A DNA stretch of 64,000 nt, taken from positions 315,237 through 379,236 of the forward strand of contig RDEW01000009.1 in NCBI GenBank assembly GCA_011109175.1, written 5' to 3'. The notes beneath the pieces were generated by a model that had not been told where the DNA came from, did not search any database, and saw only the letters and a list, made by a program, of their open reading frames with translations. Below are positions 37,832-50,989 of the stretch, piece by piece. Position 1 is the stretch's first letter. Every line of letters begins with the position of its first letter. This stretch comes from Dicyema japonicum (Eukaryota; Animalia; Dicyemida). A program made the position numbers and the translations under genes.

Positions 37832-39717
37832 CAGTCCGACCCCGAATTGGGGCACCAAGTGCTCCAAAAAGCGGGGGTGCCCAAAAACAGGGGTTTAATA
37901 AAACAAAGATTTTAAACATCAAAAATCAATTTTAGAAAAATAATCAGTTAATTTATCTTCAGTTATCCTTTTACTTCTTACATTTTTCATAAAATTAAGT
38001 CGAAAATCGTAAAATTCTTTGAGCATTTCAGAAATTTTCTTCTCTAACTGATCATGAGAATCTTTCGTTTCTTTTAGAATTGTTTCCATGTTATCGCTTT
38101 TTAAACCTTCGTTGTAAATATTATCAACGAATTCGTCACTTTCCCCATTCAATGTTTCGTTTACGGCATTGTTGATCATTTCTTCTGTAATGGTATCTTT
38201 AATTTTTACGGAATCACGAATCTTTTCAATTTGATTCCAACAATTAAATATTAAACTTGGATCAAGTTTTTCCCAGCTTTTAGAAATTAGCAGAATTACA
38301 TGACTAAGGTTAATTTTGTTTATCAACCGTTTGAATTCATCATCATCCTCCTCAAAATACAAATACTGAATCAGATAATTTGAGTAATAATCTTTAAAGG
38401 TCTTGATAATTCCCATATCCAATGGTTGCAAATACGGTGTTGTATTTTTTGGCAAAAAAAAAATAACAAACTCAATATTTGAGCATTCAATAGTTTTATG
38501 ACATCCCGCATTATCAAGCAATATTAATACTTTTCTGTTGATTGTATAAAATCTTTCATTTATCCTAGTCAACCAGCTCATAAAAATATTTTCAGTCATC
38601 CATGCATTTTTAGAGGATGAATATGAAATTCCAAAATCTTTCACATTGAAATTTTTGAGACATCGAGAATTTTTTAAATTTTCCAACAATCAATGGCTCA
38701 AGTTTTTCCCCATGGAATTGCAACAAAGAAGTACAGTGACTCTTTCTTTTCCCTGTTTAAAGCCAAAAGTATCGTCATTTACTCTGACAAACGACTTTCG
38801 TGGAGTCCTTTTTATATAAAGAGCAGTTTCATCACAATTAAAAACATTTTGTCTTCCATATTGAATAATTTTCTCGTCAAGAATTTTAAAAAACTCATTG
38901 ATGTAAGTCAAGTCACATGAATTTTTTCTCACAAATTGATTTAAATTTCAGTTCATGTCGCTTTTTAAATCTGTCAAGCCAGCCGTTTGAAGCTTTGAAA
39001 GTATCAAATCCAACTTTTGAAGCCTCCCCACTCCACTGGAAAGGTTTCCACAACTGCAACTATGGACGTCTTACCCTTTATGCTGATTCCGGATGGACTC
39101 TCTGTAGAAGTGGAAACTGGATACATTTAATTAGTTGTTTACTTTAACTTCTTTCTCGATGTATCCGGGTTATTAAATTAAATTTAAATTTTTGAAGCCG
39201 TATATAAGGCAATTTTCTTTATGAAAGGACCTGATATTGGAACCTTATCTTCGCTTAGTTTCTGAAATTTTTCAAAAACTTGATCATCGAATTTAGATTT
39301 CTCACAATAAGGCATAGGATCCTCATCCGTGTTTACAGTTCCTTGTTCAAGAAAAGGTACAATTGTTTTTTTATTCGCGAAATCATGCCTTTACTAGTTT
39401 TGTACTTTTTAATTATCTGTCTTTCAGATAATTTGTTCTTCAATATCAATTTAGCAATCGTTAATCTTGTTTCGTAGTTGATAACCATTCACAACAAAAA
39501 ATGTAACTAAACGTGTAAATTAAAATTATATAATTATTAATAAAATATAATTTTATTTACTTATAATTTCATTCCCTAAAATTTTATAGTGCCCCAAAAT
39601 TTCCATATTTTTTATCGATTTTCCATTTTACTCTGCCAAAATGTTGGCCAAAAAAAAATGCCCCAAAATGCGGGGGTGCCCCACCCCTGGGGTCTGCCCC
39701 AATTCGGGGTCGGACTG
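37832..39717 (-). mobile_element. pogo/Tigger element (nested), young full-length copy
   Basis: Perfect 23-bp TIRs CAGTCCGACCCCGAATTGGGGCA, TA duplication. Transposase 39488-37919 with VFNCDETALY, LLDNAGCH, LQPLDMGII, broken by frameshifts and a family B insertion. Confidence 0.95.
39025..39189 (+). mobile_element. Family B short retroposon, 5'-truncated
   Basis: Matches 35126-35288; 10-bp target duplication TTTTGAAGCC at 39015-24 and 39190-99. Confidence 0.9.
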
Positions 39718-39804
39718 TATTTCTCATAAAATAAATTAAATCCTCTTTTTTATCGAAACAACATATTTTGTTATTAAAAAATACAAATAATAGTTTTAAA
39801 ATGT

Positions 39805-39995
39805 AATAATTATATAACACCCCACTTTATTTAACAAACAATAAAAAAAGTTAATATATTTAATCAACAACCTTCCTCGCCTGCCTGTTCGCCAGCCTCC
39901 TCAGGCAGGTTCGATTCTGGTTGCTGAAACAACTCCGAGAGCGCTTTGTCTAATTGAACCCTCTGCCCATATGGCATCTCAGGGCTCTGCCTCCT
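39805..39995 (-). mobile_element. 3' end of R4/Dong-like element
   Basis: Near-identical to 28640-28820. Confidence 0.85.
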
Positions 39996-40790
39996 ATACT
40001 CTATAAATTATATATACCCTTTATATTGGGGCACTTTTCTATTGGGGCGGAGTCGTACTGTAATTGTATGATCGATCGATGATTAGATTATTATTATCAG
40101 CACTGCCGAGAACACATAAAAAAACAAAAGTCAATTAAGGTTCCCTTGTGCCGCGCCGGCCACTTTTTGCACCAATCGCATCCAAAGGCCTCTCTCCGTT
40201 TCGCAAGATCTCTTAGTTCATCGAGGTCATCCATTGTTTTCAACTCCCTGCCTGATGATTAGATTGGTAATGCCTTTTTACATTGTATTCTTTCGGTATA
40301 GCGATAAACTGGTTACATATCAAACAATGTATTTTTCCATCAACAGTTGTACAAAAATAGGGAAGTTACAATTAATCTTGAATCATGTTCATCGTTAAAC
40401 ACTGTTTCTTAGTTCCACAAGAAGCACGTGACATTGAAAAACAAGATTTACAAATACTATTAAGAAAAATTTAATTAAATGTAAAAAAATAACAAAATGA
40501 TTTTTGTGTTTTATAGCCATTAAATCAATCCAGAGTAAAGTTTCTCAAGGTCCGCATGTTTGACACCCCTGAGTTAGACTGAATTATCGAACGTTGTTAA
40601 TGATACTACTACTTGTTTTTTAAGACTTAACAATGCTAAAAAAGCCACATTTAAGTGAGTACTAGACCAAATCAATAAGACACTAAAAACCAAAGATTCT
40701 CATATAAAAAATCCTAAACTAATGGTATAATATAATAAAACAAAACATAAATCAAAGAACGAAAACGAAACAAAAAAACGAAAGTGATAA

Positions 40791-41063
40791 TTAATCGTTA
40801 GCGGAATTAATTTCAGCCTGAGTGTGATCAATCATTTCATTGATATTCTGTTCCATCACATCAATTCTATCTCCCATTTGTTCGACTAACATGCACAAAA
40901 ATATTACTTTTTGCAAGTATATCATCGGACATCGTCAAGAATTTAGCCTGTAGATTCGCCAAGAGTTCTTGGATCTGACATATCATATCAATCTTACTTC
41001 TTCAGCATCTTCAGTAGCTTTACGGGCTTCATAATCAATGTCGGACTGATTAGTAACGTTCAT
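40791..41063 (-). CDS. HSBP1: Heat shock factor binding protein 1, copy A (75 aa)
   Basis: Introns 40975-40997 and 40886-40907. MNVTNQSDIDYEARKATEDAEE|IQELLANLQAKFLTMSDDILAK|IEQMGDRIDVMEQNINEMIDHTQAEINSAND*. Confidence 0.92.
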
Positions 41064-41808
41064 CAATACTACACTATTATTTAGTTATTTAAATTATTTT
41101 TAATATTTTGAGATGTTATTAAATTATTTATTAATATTGTAATTTTTGTTATATGATGATTATAAATGGATAATTTTTTAAAATATTCGAATTGGTTTTT
41201 AAGATTTTTGGAAAATTTCTTGTTCAAGTACTGATATCTTTATTAATTTTATGTACACTATTTAATCAGCCTCTAAAGTCGAGATTCAAGTAAACATGTT
41301 TTTTAGCGAATCTTTTCTCATTTACCTGAGACAACAAAAACTCAACTAACTAAGAAACAGGAGTCTTCTTACAATCATATATTTAATATATTTATATTCT
41401 AAAAACATTAAGTACAATAAAAGGCAACTCTCTAATAATCCTTCTAGAGAAGAATGGGGCGGGTACAAGAATACGATGCTAATTTTATACACAGAGAAAA
41501 TATTTAATGTTTAAGCGCAGATTAAGTGTATCGAGTTTGCACGATCGTCAACAGTGACAACTTCCATCAAGGTCACGTTTGAGTCTATCCAGAACCGGAA
41601 AAAAATGAAGAAAAACAGCCAGTTGATAGTAACTATGACATCACCTAATGATCAGCATTTTAATTATTTTCTTAGGTGAAAAGTCTGCCTGGACAGGTTG
41701 ACATGATACCAAATCAGTATCAGAATAACAAAGAAAATAATATTTGAATCGAACATGTAGTGGCATGCTAGTACATGACACCAGACCGCTAAACTATCTG
41801 ATCAGATA

Positions 41809-41991
41809 TTTATTATTATTATTATTATTATTAACCCACTGTAACGGAACACAATCCTTCCAATGTCACAAAAGTTCATCAATAACTAGGAAAAAGTAGA
41901 ACATATCTATTTTTTGCTGTTGTGTGAATCCCTCAGATAGAATGCGGAAGAGCAAATGAATTTTTTTCGCACCAAAGGTGGATCACGTCAC
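41809..41991 (-). mobile_element. Family B short retroposon, decayed
   Basis: Minus strand GTGACGTGATCCACCTTTGGTGCGAAAAAAATTCATTTGCTCTTCC...CACAACAGCA with (AAT)n tail. Confidence 0.7.
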
Positions 41992-42799
41992 TATATTGGA
42001 AACGGGACGAAGAGGAACAAATCTTTAATTGAATAGGCACATAGCTTCCAAATAATCTTTGAGGAATTATTATAAATGAATTATCCATATTTTAATACAA
42101 GTAATTTACCGATAAAGTTAGACATTCACAATATAAACAAAAATGTTTACAATATTCTAAAATAAGTCGAAAATATAAAGGTAATTTTAAAGCATTCAGG
42201 CCTGAAAAATTCAGACAGCCGTTTTGTACGTTCATGCGCGGGCACGAAGGAAGAACGACGGGCAAAGATGAGGTCTTTGTTAAAATGCATCGGTATCACG
42301 TGATAATTAGTTTTTGTTTTACTGGTGGTCTTGGGTTAAATAAATTAAAAAAAGCAGAAGATATCAAATTGTGAAAACTCTGAAGATTGTTATCAGGAAC
42401 TCCTCAGTTTGCCATGTGTGTGGCAAAAGCAACGAAGGAAGTGGAGTGTTTTCTGTTCTACGTGCAATGAATTCTTCCATATTAGCTGAGAAAGACTAAC
42501 TAAAGTCGCAGTGAAATGCCTTTCTCAATAGAACCGCCGCAGTTGTCTGACTCACGGGAAAATCAAGCCCTCTCTTCATTGTGCACGTACGGAGGCCTCT
42601 ATGCCTCCCATGCAACAGGAAGTAAATCAGAAACATTATCTTCTTAAATTCTTCAAATCGCGGAAATCCAAGAAAACACCCCATACCTTCTGAAGGTAAA
42701 CAAAAGTTCAACATTTCTTCGAAAATTAAGAACATTCAAACTATTTATGAACACAAATTTAACATTCAGGCCCACAATTATGTAAACCCACAGCCAAAC

Positions 42800-43960
42800 C
42801 ACCGCCCAATCCTGATAAACTCAAAGGGTGAATCGAAAACTTCCCGAAGATGATATCTGAGCAGCTTTACTGGTGGTTGCTTCGGACGATACAGTTTATT
42901 CCTCGTCTCCGACTGTTCTTGAGACGCTAAGAAGGTGACATCCAAACCTTCCGGAAGACCTATGCATATCTAATACTCTTGAAACCGCTCTGAAGATATC
43001 TATCGACGAAAAAGATGTGCGACTCGGGATTGCATCGTTTGCTTCCAGTAGCTGCGAAAGACTGGATGGACTGCGTTCGGGCTATATCAGGGATCTGACG
43101 TCTGGTCCTACAGCAAAGCCTCGACATAATTTCGTCAAGTCGATCACTAATCTTATCTACCTTATAATCAATGAGGATATCCATCACATGCACGAGACCT
43201 TCTCTTTTCTGTCAACTTAATGGATATTCCATCACATGCACGAGACCTTCTCTTTTCTGCCAACTTAATGGATATTCCATCACATGCACGAGACCTCTCT
43301 TTTCTGCCGTCCCATTACAGATGGCAGCTATTTCCGAAGATTGGCTGCGAAAATAGCTTCCAGGCTTGTCTCTCTGAGAATCAGTCAAGAATTATCCCCA
43401 ATCAAACTACGGGTAGGCTTACGTAACGGATGCGAAGTCTCAGTGCACGAGGTGTTTCTTCTCACAAGAAAACCAAAATAATCCATGTCTGGAATTGAAG
43501 CAGGACATTACTAAGGTCTTCAATTCGTTAAGGAGAGACCCGTATGATTCAAGTATGCATTAAGCGAGCACATGAGTTTATTCCCATTGTCAATCTTTCA
43601 CACGATCAAACTCCTCTCTGGTTTTTCGGGGATGAGATCACCAAGTCACAGTCAGGAGTACAACAAGGAGACACATTAGGACCACTCCTCTTTGGATTGA
43701 CGATCGATCAAGTCGTTCGCTCCGTCGATACTGAATTCAACCTCTAGTATCTCGATGACGGAACAATTGGAGGGACATGGAGGAATGTCTATAACAGTCT
43801 ATCCACTGGGTACCTGCCTTACATGATCTCGGCTTTGAGGTCAACATAAAAAAAATTGGAGCTCTTCAATATTATATACCTGGAAAACAATTTCCTCCAC
43901 GTGGCAAGAATATTTAACAGTCTATCACCGTGCATATCCATCGCCTCTTGAGATAAGATG
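42800..43960 (+). mobile_element. CRE-like retrotransposon RT fragment
   Basis: LDGLRSGYIRDL, YFRRLAAK, SGVQQGDTLGPLLF, YLDDG; 43490-43910 nearly identical to 55170-55600. Confidence 0.85.
43175..43308 (+). repeat. Tandem triplication of a ~48-bp unit inside the CRE-like element
   Basis: GGATATTCCATCACATGCACGAGACCTTCTCTTTTCTGCCAACTTAAT, about 2.8 copies. Confidence 0.9.
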
Positions 43961-44315
43961 ATTAGTCACTCTTGTAACCTTATCATCATAGTTATCAACT
44001 CTTAGCCCATGTATATGCTCGATTATCGTGCTCTCTAAAGTTTTTTTGTGTACGCCCTTGTAGAGACATCCACGTTGAGTCTTTCCATATAGGACTTGTA
44101 GCATTTTGTTACTACTCCATCACATGTCAAAACAATCGGAATTATTGTCACATTGACCTTGTGCACTTGTGCTAGTTCTCCTGCCAGAAGGTCGTATTTG
44201 TGGAGTTTTTCTACTTCAACATGTTTTAGCAGATCTTGGAAAGTGATCCCTACTTCTATTAGAATTATTTCGTTTTTGGATATATCGTGTACGAACATAC
44301 CAGGTTTGTTATTTT
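43960..44315 (-). mobile_element. R4/Dong-like RLE fragment
   Basis: ILIEVGITFQDLLKHVEVEKLHKYDLLA. Confidence 0.8.
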
Positions 44316-44358
44316 TAACTTATGCACTGCGCCACCCGGCCACTAAATTAAAAATGAA

Positions 44359-46217
44359 TTATTTATTTAGAACCCCGGTATCACCGAAAAAGAAGGACAG
44401 AAAAACGTCAGACAGTCAGGTAATCTCAGTTCCCGCAACGTCTGTGGTCTCCCATTGATACCATTATAGTTCGCATGTGTTGTGGGGTGGCATTAAATCC
44501 AAATGGTGGTGGACCTTCCAGGACGAAAGCCATGTTGAAAAGCCGCTTTAGGGAGGTCCGGAGTAATGGCAGATATTATCAGTTTTCAAGAAGTTTTGAT
44601 AATGTTCTGGTTCTCATTCCGGTTTTCTAGTCTTCAAAACTGGTTTGATGACAGAGTTCTTCCAATCTTGAGAATAATATCGTAGTTAATAAACAGGTTA
44701 ATTTTTGCGTGAGGTAGCCAATTACGTATTTACTTAGGTTTTTCAGGTGATTTGACATCTGAGACCTGCTTGTCTGAGAATAGTTTTTGGTAAGGTTCAT
44801 TTTTCGGTTTACGGGCACGTACTTTGATATTTAGTTGTTTAGAAAATTTCTGGAAGCTGATCAGCGTAATGTTTCATAAGTAGGCTAGGGTGCATATGAC
44901 AAATGTGTTCTTGAGAAGAGTTACCGGTTCCATTTGCATCTTCCAACTCTGATTTAATTTTTTTAATGTTTTCCAAAATTGATGAGATGAACTTTTCCCG
45001 TTAAGGCGATTGATCAGATGACACAACATATGATCCTGATGATCTTTTATGCTCTGGTTGATAGTTTTATTTAGTTGTCTGGTGAATTTCAACTCCGTCG
45101 GATGGCATCTTATCATTTGATTTCTTGGTTTATGAGTGTAAATGTCTGGGAATTGAGAGTAGGTATAAAATTCGTGTATGATGGGAGAGAAATAAATATG
45201 TTGTCAGCCCTTTGAATGGCCACACTGATGATTTTTGCGGCTTCATCTATCGAACTTATATGGGATGATAGTCCTTTAACCAATTCCAGGTCAACGAAGC
45301 CAGAGAAGCCGGACCAGTCAAAATTCTTGAAACTTTTCACTTCGGTCTTCAATGTCCGGCGTCTCCGAAATCCTCTTAACATAAGAAGGATGGGATTATG
45401 GTCGCTGGAGAAACCATAATTCACATCCCATGTAGTAATTCCTGCTAAAGAGGGTGAACATAAGGTTAAATCAGAAGTGCAGCTATCAGTGCTTCTTAAA
45501 GGGGTTCTTGTGTGTAATTTAGGGTCATTCAGGATAATCATATCAATAAGACCATTTGCGATGATCTCGCCTCGGCTGCCAGAGAATTGTGAAGCAACTC
45601 AAACAGGATGTTGGACATTTAGGTCGCCGCATATTAGAACGTTCTTTAGTACTGAGAGGCGAGGTATGTTTGGAGTGTAGGATTTTGGACATGATCCTTG
45701 TGGTGGAATATATAGGTTAATCAAATTGAAAAAGACGGGTACAGCTCCATTTTGATGATGATATGCTCCATTGTATCGTCTGAGTCCAAAAGTTCTGAGG
45801 TCCGTCCACTCACATCAATGAAAGGTATCCCGTTCTTTATAATTGTGAGTAGTCCTCCACCTGATCTTCCTCTGACGGTCCTTACGGATAATTGTGTATC
45901 CCGGAAAAGAAAGTGTTCGCGTGGAGGATGAGAGCTTGGATTCCTGGATGAGATCAAGGTCAGCTTGATTTGCGGAGAGGAGAGCTCGAAGTTCCAGAAT
46001 CTTCCTTTTAATTCATTTGTATTTAGTTGTAGAATTTTTTACTCTCCACGTGGTTAGGGTTTGTTTCAATGTGTCCACATAGCAGAATCAATAGTCCAGA
46101 ACAATGATGACACAAGACGGAGTCGGAGGGAACCTTCAAGTGGTGCGGAAAAGTTGATGGATTTTTTCGTTCCTTTCCGGAATGGGTGACACATTTTTGG
46201 ATGAGCCACAAGACCAC
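44359..46217 (-). mobile_element. Ingi/Vingi-like LINE with both termini, RT deleted
   Basis: 5' motif 46157-46217; LLILLCGHIETNPN; APE motifs GGGLLTII, NLYIPP, CGDLN, SDHNPI. 3' end CTTCTTTTTCGGTGATACCGGGGTTCTAAATAAATAA shared with family B. Confidence 0.82.
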
Positions 46218-46379
46218 GTTAAGTATATAATCCTTAGAGCAGTGGTTCTTAACGGTGGCGCTGGAACATATTAGGGGAGATTTTTAATTTTTTTTAATTA
46301 TTGTAAATATTTGCATTAGGTTTTGTAATTCATTTATCACCTGCTTTTCTAATTAATTATAATTTTCGTGTGTACTTTT

Positions 46380-48790
46380 CCCTATCCTACAAGGATGGAC
46401 TGACAAAGACGGACTGTCTCTGTGTGGGGACATGGAATCGAACCCCGGGCATCTAAAGATCACGCAAATAATTATAAACGGGATCAAATGTAAGATTATG
46501 AAGGTATCGAAATTCTGGCCACAAAAATCCAACTCCCAAGGTTACGTCTTACTCTGATCAATTCATATCTACCTCCTTCATCATCAGCCACTTGCCCAAA
46601 ACTTTCGTCGATCAGCTCACTAAAGAACGTTCTTCTTTGCGTTGACCTAAATACAAAACACTCGCTCTGGCTGAGATGTCAGATGTTAAACAGGCGGGGA
46701 GATATACTAATCGAAGACTTGTAAACCTTTTGTATCCTAAACGATCAATCTTTCACACAAGAACCCCCTCAAACAAAATAATAATCTGTCATCCCCTGAC
46801 GTTTCAATCGCGTCTCCCAATCTTGCTTTTCAATTTCATGGAGCGTGAAATACGAAACTATGAGTTATCACAATTCGATCATTTTACAAATTAAAACAAA
46901 ATCAAATTATCGAAGGTCACTCTCTACTTTGATAAATTATATTATTGCTGACTATCCAAGATTTGCGAGCGATATTGACATGCAGATTAAGTTATCAACA
47001 ATACATGCTGCCTCATCTCTAAACAACATTATAAAGGAGTTCTTTTCGTTCATTCAAGAAGCTAGAAAATTATTTATACAATGGGAAGACAACCGACAAA
47101 CAGGCGATTCAATTCAACAGCCAAACATTTAGTCAAAGAAAGAAACTATTTAAAGAAAAAGAATACCGTCGAGGAGGATTAATAAGAATTCGTACTCTAA
47201 ACAGGAGATTAACAAATATATCAGTAATACAAACGAGAAACGCAGGACAGAACTATAAAAAGTCCTAACAGAAAATCCGTCAGTACAGAAGGTCTGGAAC
47301 AAAATCAAGTCTATCAAAGCGTTTTTTGATGAACCGCAAAATGGGATATCATTACAACCAAACACCTTAATGAAATACTAAGCTTCCATAGCACATAAAA
47401 TACTATGCTTCCATACTACTCCAAAGAACACCAAGTACTCTTAAACAGAATAAAACCGAAAAGATCATACGTGTGGACCATATTTTCGACAAAGGACGTC
47501 CAGTGGGCAATATCAAAAGCCCTATGTCCAGACAATATTTCTACAACAGAACTAAAGCATCTAGGACCACTTGCTTTAGATTTAATTGCTTACATATTCA
47601 CAATATCAATAAATATGAACATTATTCCGGATGTCTGGAAGAGATCATACATCAAACCGATCTTGAAGCCTGGAAAATCCGAAAATGACCCCTCTTCCTA
47701 CAGACCAATCTCGATCCTATGTTCACTTTCCCGAATACTCGAAAGATAGTTCTTGAAAATATCAAAGACTACATCTTGCTCTCTCCTTTCTAACATGGAT
47801 TCCGGGCTAAACAATCCACAGCATCATACTTAACGTCCCTGTGCCAGTTCATTGCGGAGGGACTCAATTCCACTAAACCACACCAACGAACAGTCTTGGT
47901 CTCTGTTAATATAACAAATGCTTTCGACAGTCTCAAGTAAACTCCTTACTGAGAAAATTTACGATACATGCATCCACCCAAACATAAAACAATGGATTGC
48001 CAACTTCTTAAGTGGGAGACGTGGACAAATGATTTGCAATAACATAAAGTCAAAATTCCATCTCCTACCAAATGGAGTCCCTCAAGGATCTCCACTATTG
48101 CCAGCCCTTTTTAACCTGTACATCAATGACATTCCGAAACCGCACTACGAAAATTGTCTTCTACTATCATACGAGGACGACATCATTATCGCTGCAAAGG
48201 ACAAAAAGTACCAAACTGCTACCACGATGACTCAGAATATGCTTAACAATTTAACTTTTTGGCTCAATAAACTCCTTGAAGCTTTCCCTACAAAATCCTA
48301 TAATTATTATTATGGCACTTTAACGAAAGCCCCGCATGTGCAACACTCAAAGAAACAATATTTATAGTTAGTCTTTTCCTATAAATTCCTATACTACCCT
48401 ATTTACAATGTCCAAGAGGCACTATTCATTGAAACCTAACATTTCTCTCAATAACACAGTAATTTCCATCAATTACATACCAAATATTCTTGGAGTGACA
48501 CTCGACCAGGGACTCTCTTTCGCAAAAGCATGTGGATATCCGGGTAACGACAGCACTGAATATGATGACGATATTAAAAGTCGTTACCAAAGTTCTCAGA
48601 AGTGACGCTGGATGCTTTCAGATGATCTACAAACAATTTGTCTAGCCTACGTTGCTCTATGCAAGTGAGGCTTGGTCTTTGTTTGTTTTAAGAACATCGA
48701 CAATCAAATATTCAAAAGGCCGCAAAGACTATTATCGGCCCAACATTCTCCCCTATATCTACATAAGATCTTTTCATCCAAAAACAAAGA
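46380..48790 (+). mobile_element. Ingi/Vingi-like LINE: 2A relic, APE, RT
   Basis: LSLCGDMESNPGHLKITQIIINGI; SYRPISIL; GVPQGSPLLPALFNLY; YEDD; PNILGVTLDQGLSF. Confidence 0.85.
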
Positions 48791-48899
48791 ATTCTCATCA
48801 GAGAGCAAGGATCACTTAGTTAGTTAAGAACTTTATTCTTATAACCCAGTGATTCTGAGACAATAATAATAATAAATTTATTTACTGATATATTTATAA

Positions 48900-50770
48900 A
48901 TATTTTCTAATTGAAAAGATTCTCTACCAGAAAGAAAATCCTTCATCCACAAAAGTGCCTTACTTCCAACATTTAAATTCGATAGAGTCTTTAACAATCT
49001 AGCTAGCCAAGCGCTATCAAAAGCCTTTGATATGTCAAAACATACGGCTGTAAGACATTCTTTATTTTTTTAGCAATACATATAAAGTTCCATAATACTG
49101 AAAAACAATCTCCAGTCCTTCTATTAGGGCAAAAACCTCACTGATCATCGAGAAAAAAATTTTTACCTTCAATATACTTTGATAATCTGTTGAAAATAAT
49201 TTTTTCTATGATTTTTGAGATACTACATATCAGGCTTATTGGCCTATAGTTTTCTGGATTTAAACTAAATTTTCCCTTCTTCGGGATCATCCGTACAAAC
49301 GACTTTTTCCACGTTAAAGGAACTTCTTTCACGTTGAGAACACCACGAGGAATTAAATAATGGCATTCCAGCATTTTTGAGAACTGTTAATGAGACAAAA
49401 TCCCGTCCTAGTGCTTTCTTCTTGCATCCATTATTAATAAATAATTAAGCACTACCGCGTTGCCATAAGCACGTAAGATGCCTAGGGTTTCGCTCGTGCA
49501 GAACACACACTTTATTTAAGTAAAGAACAGTTATTATAACTAATCGTAGAGGGAGAAGCAAGGAATGCTCTTCACTTCTTTGTTTTTTCTTTTCTTGCGT
49601 GTATGTCCTTTTAACTATCCAGTTCCTTAGTGAATCTCCACTGATGACGGCGTCACTCGTTGCATCCATTAATAGGAAAAATTATCTCCTCCATAGTAAT
49701 CGTTCAACGCAAAGGCCCCTCCATAAGCGAGGATGGCTCCTTATCAAGAAAAACAGTTTGTATGTCTCCGGGAATAATTAACAGAGGATCCGATTCTTGT
49801 ACCTCTGCAAGTTGTTGTCATAAGACATCTGGAACTTTTTCTTTCTGGATCCGAGAGCCGTCATGAGTCTTGAGATTTATCTCTTTACCTTTCCTTCCAA
49901 AGAAAATTCAAAACCGAAAAAACTTTATTACAAAACCGTCTTCAGCACATTTTCTCCAATGCGCCGTCCCGTTAGGAAGTCCCTTAACCATATGAGAAGT
50001 TGTTTTTGAATATCTGCAGCCCCAAGCCTTGACCGGAGAGCTTCATGCCACATGCTATCGAAGGCCTTAGATAGGTCCAGACATACCATGTTTACTTGTC
50101 TCTTGAATCTTGATACTTTCAGTACTTCCAAATGAATTTGGTGGATCCTATTATGCAAGATTTTCCGGGCCTTAAGTCCCATTGTTCCGCGAGGAGGAAA
50201 TCGCTCTCCTCTATATGCCTACTCAGCTCAATAATCTTGGAGATCAATCATATGAGGCTGATCGACTTATAGTTGAGAGGGTCCCTCTCCGACTTTCCTG
50301 ATTTTAAAATCACTTTTTTTAAACCATATGATTTATGGTTTTCAAAGAGAATTCTTAACTTTAACAACTTTTATTAACAAGGAAATCAAAGAGAATATTA
50401 TTTGGCTTCTCACCGCAAGTCCTGCAATCGCTTGGACTCTTCTCTGCACTCTCAGACCCCTCATATCGTTCATTCTATGCTGCAACATAAGAATCAATGT
50501 TGGTATCTCTTTTTAGGAAGTTTCCCATCCTTTTTTCTGCTGCATCTCTGATCGACAATACTAGCAAATTTTTATCTTCATTTAGCTTCTCGTCGAGCCT
50601 TTTGAGAAGGGCAATCTTGATCCCTGTTCTCCTCGATTTTTCAAGAAGCAAGATAAAACGTTCTTTGTTTGCAGTGCAATATCATCCTTCAAGTCCATAG
50701 AGGAGTGATGGAATCATCGTAAATGAAAAAATAAATAAAAACATATCCGTTCGAGTCTCAATTTCCTCAT
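48900..50770 (-). mobile_element. Cluster of Jockey/I-like RT fragments with a family A SINE piece (49495-49660)
   Basis: NYRPISLI, CLDLSKAFDSMWH, PSLLYGLEG. Confidence 0.75.
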
Positions 50771-50989
50771 ACACAATTCGCATGAAAAAAAGGACCTGCG
50801 ATCTTGGGAGAACGTAGACAGCAAGGACAGTTTCGTCAAAGACGGCACCTAAAACTCGTCGAAAATCCAATGAAGTCTCACCCAAAATATCAGAGAAGGA
50901 ATATTCAGAAATATCTGAGATTATGTCACGACTAAACCATCTGTACTCGATTGCGCAGGTGGATCTAATGGAGACAGTGACCTTGGATT

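Larger units (their letters stand above)
34502..40060 (+). mobile_element. Outer pogo/Tigger element hosting nested insertions
   Basis: TIRs CAGTACGACCCCGCCCAATA and CAGTACGACTCCGCCCCAATA, TA on both sides. Transposase starts about 34696, is split at a TA by the 34747-36907 element and resumes as SERKICQLYNIGKGTVSRIKK...DET...NAWM. Confidence 0.8.

Noticed and set aside
43175-43308. Three ~48-bp repeats as a CRISPR-like array
   Set aside because: No spacers, eukaryotic context; a simple tandem duplication within retrotransposon coding sequence.
46434-46446. GGAATCGAACCC as a reverse-strand Pol III B box or tRNA
   Set aside because: No A box or cloverleaf; better explained as the ESNP codons of the 2A motif in frame with APE.
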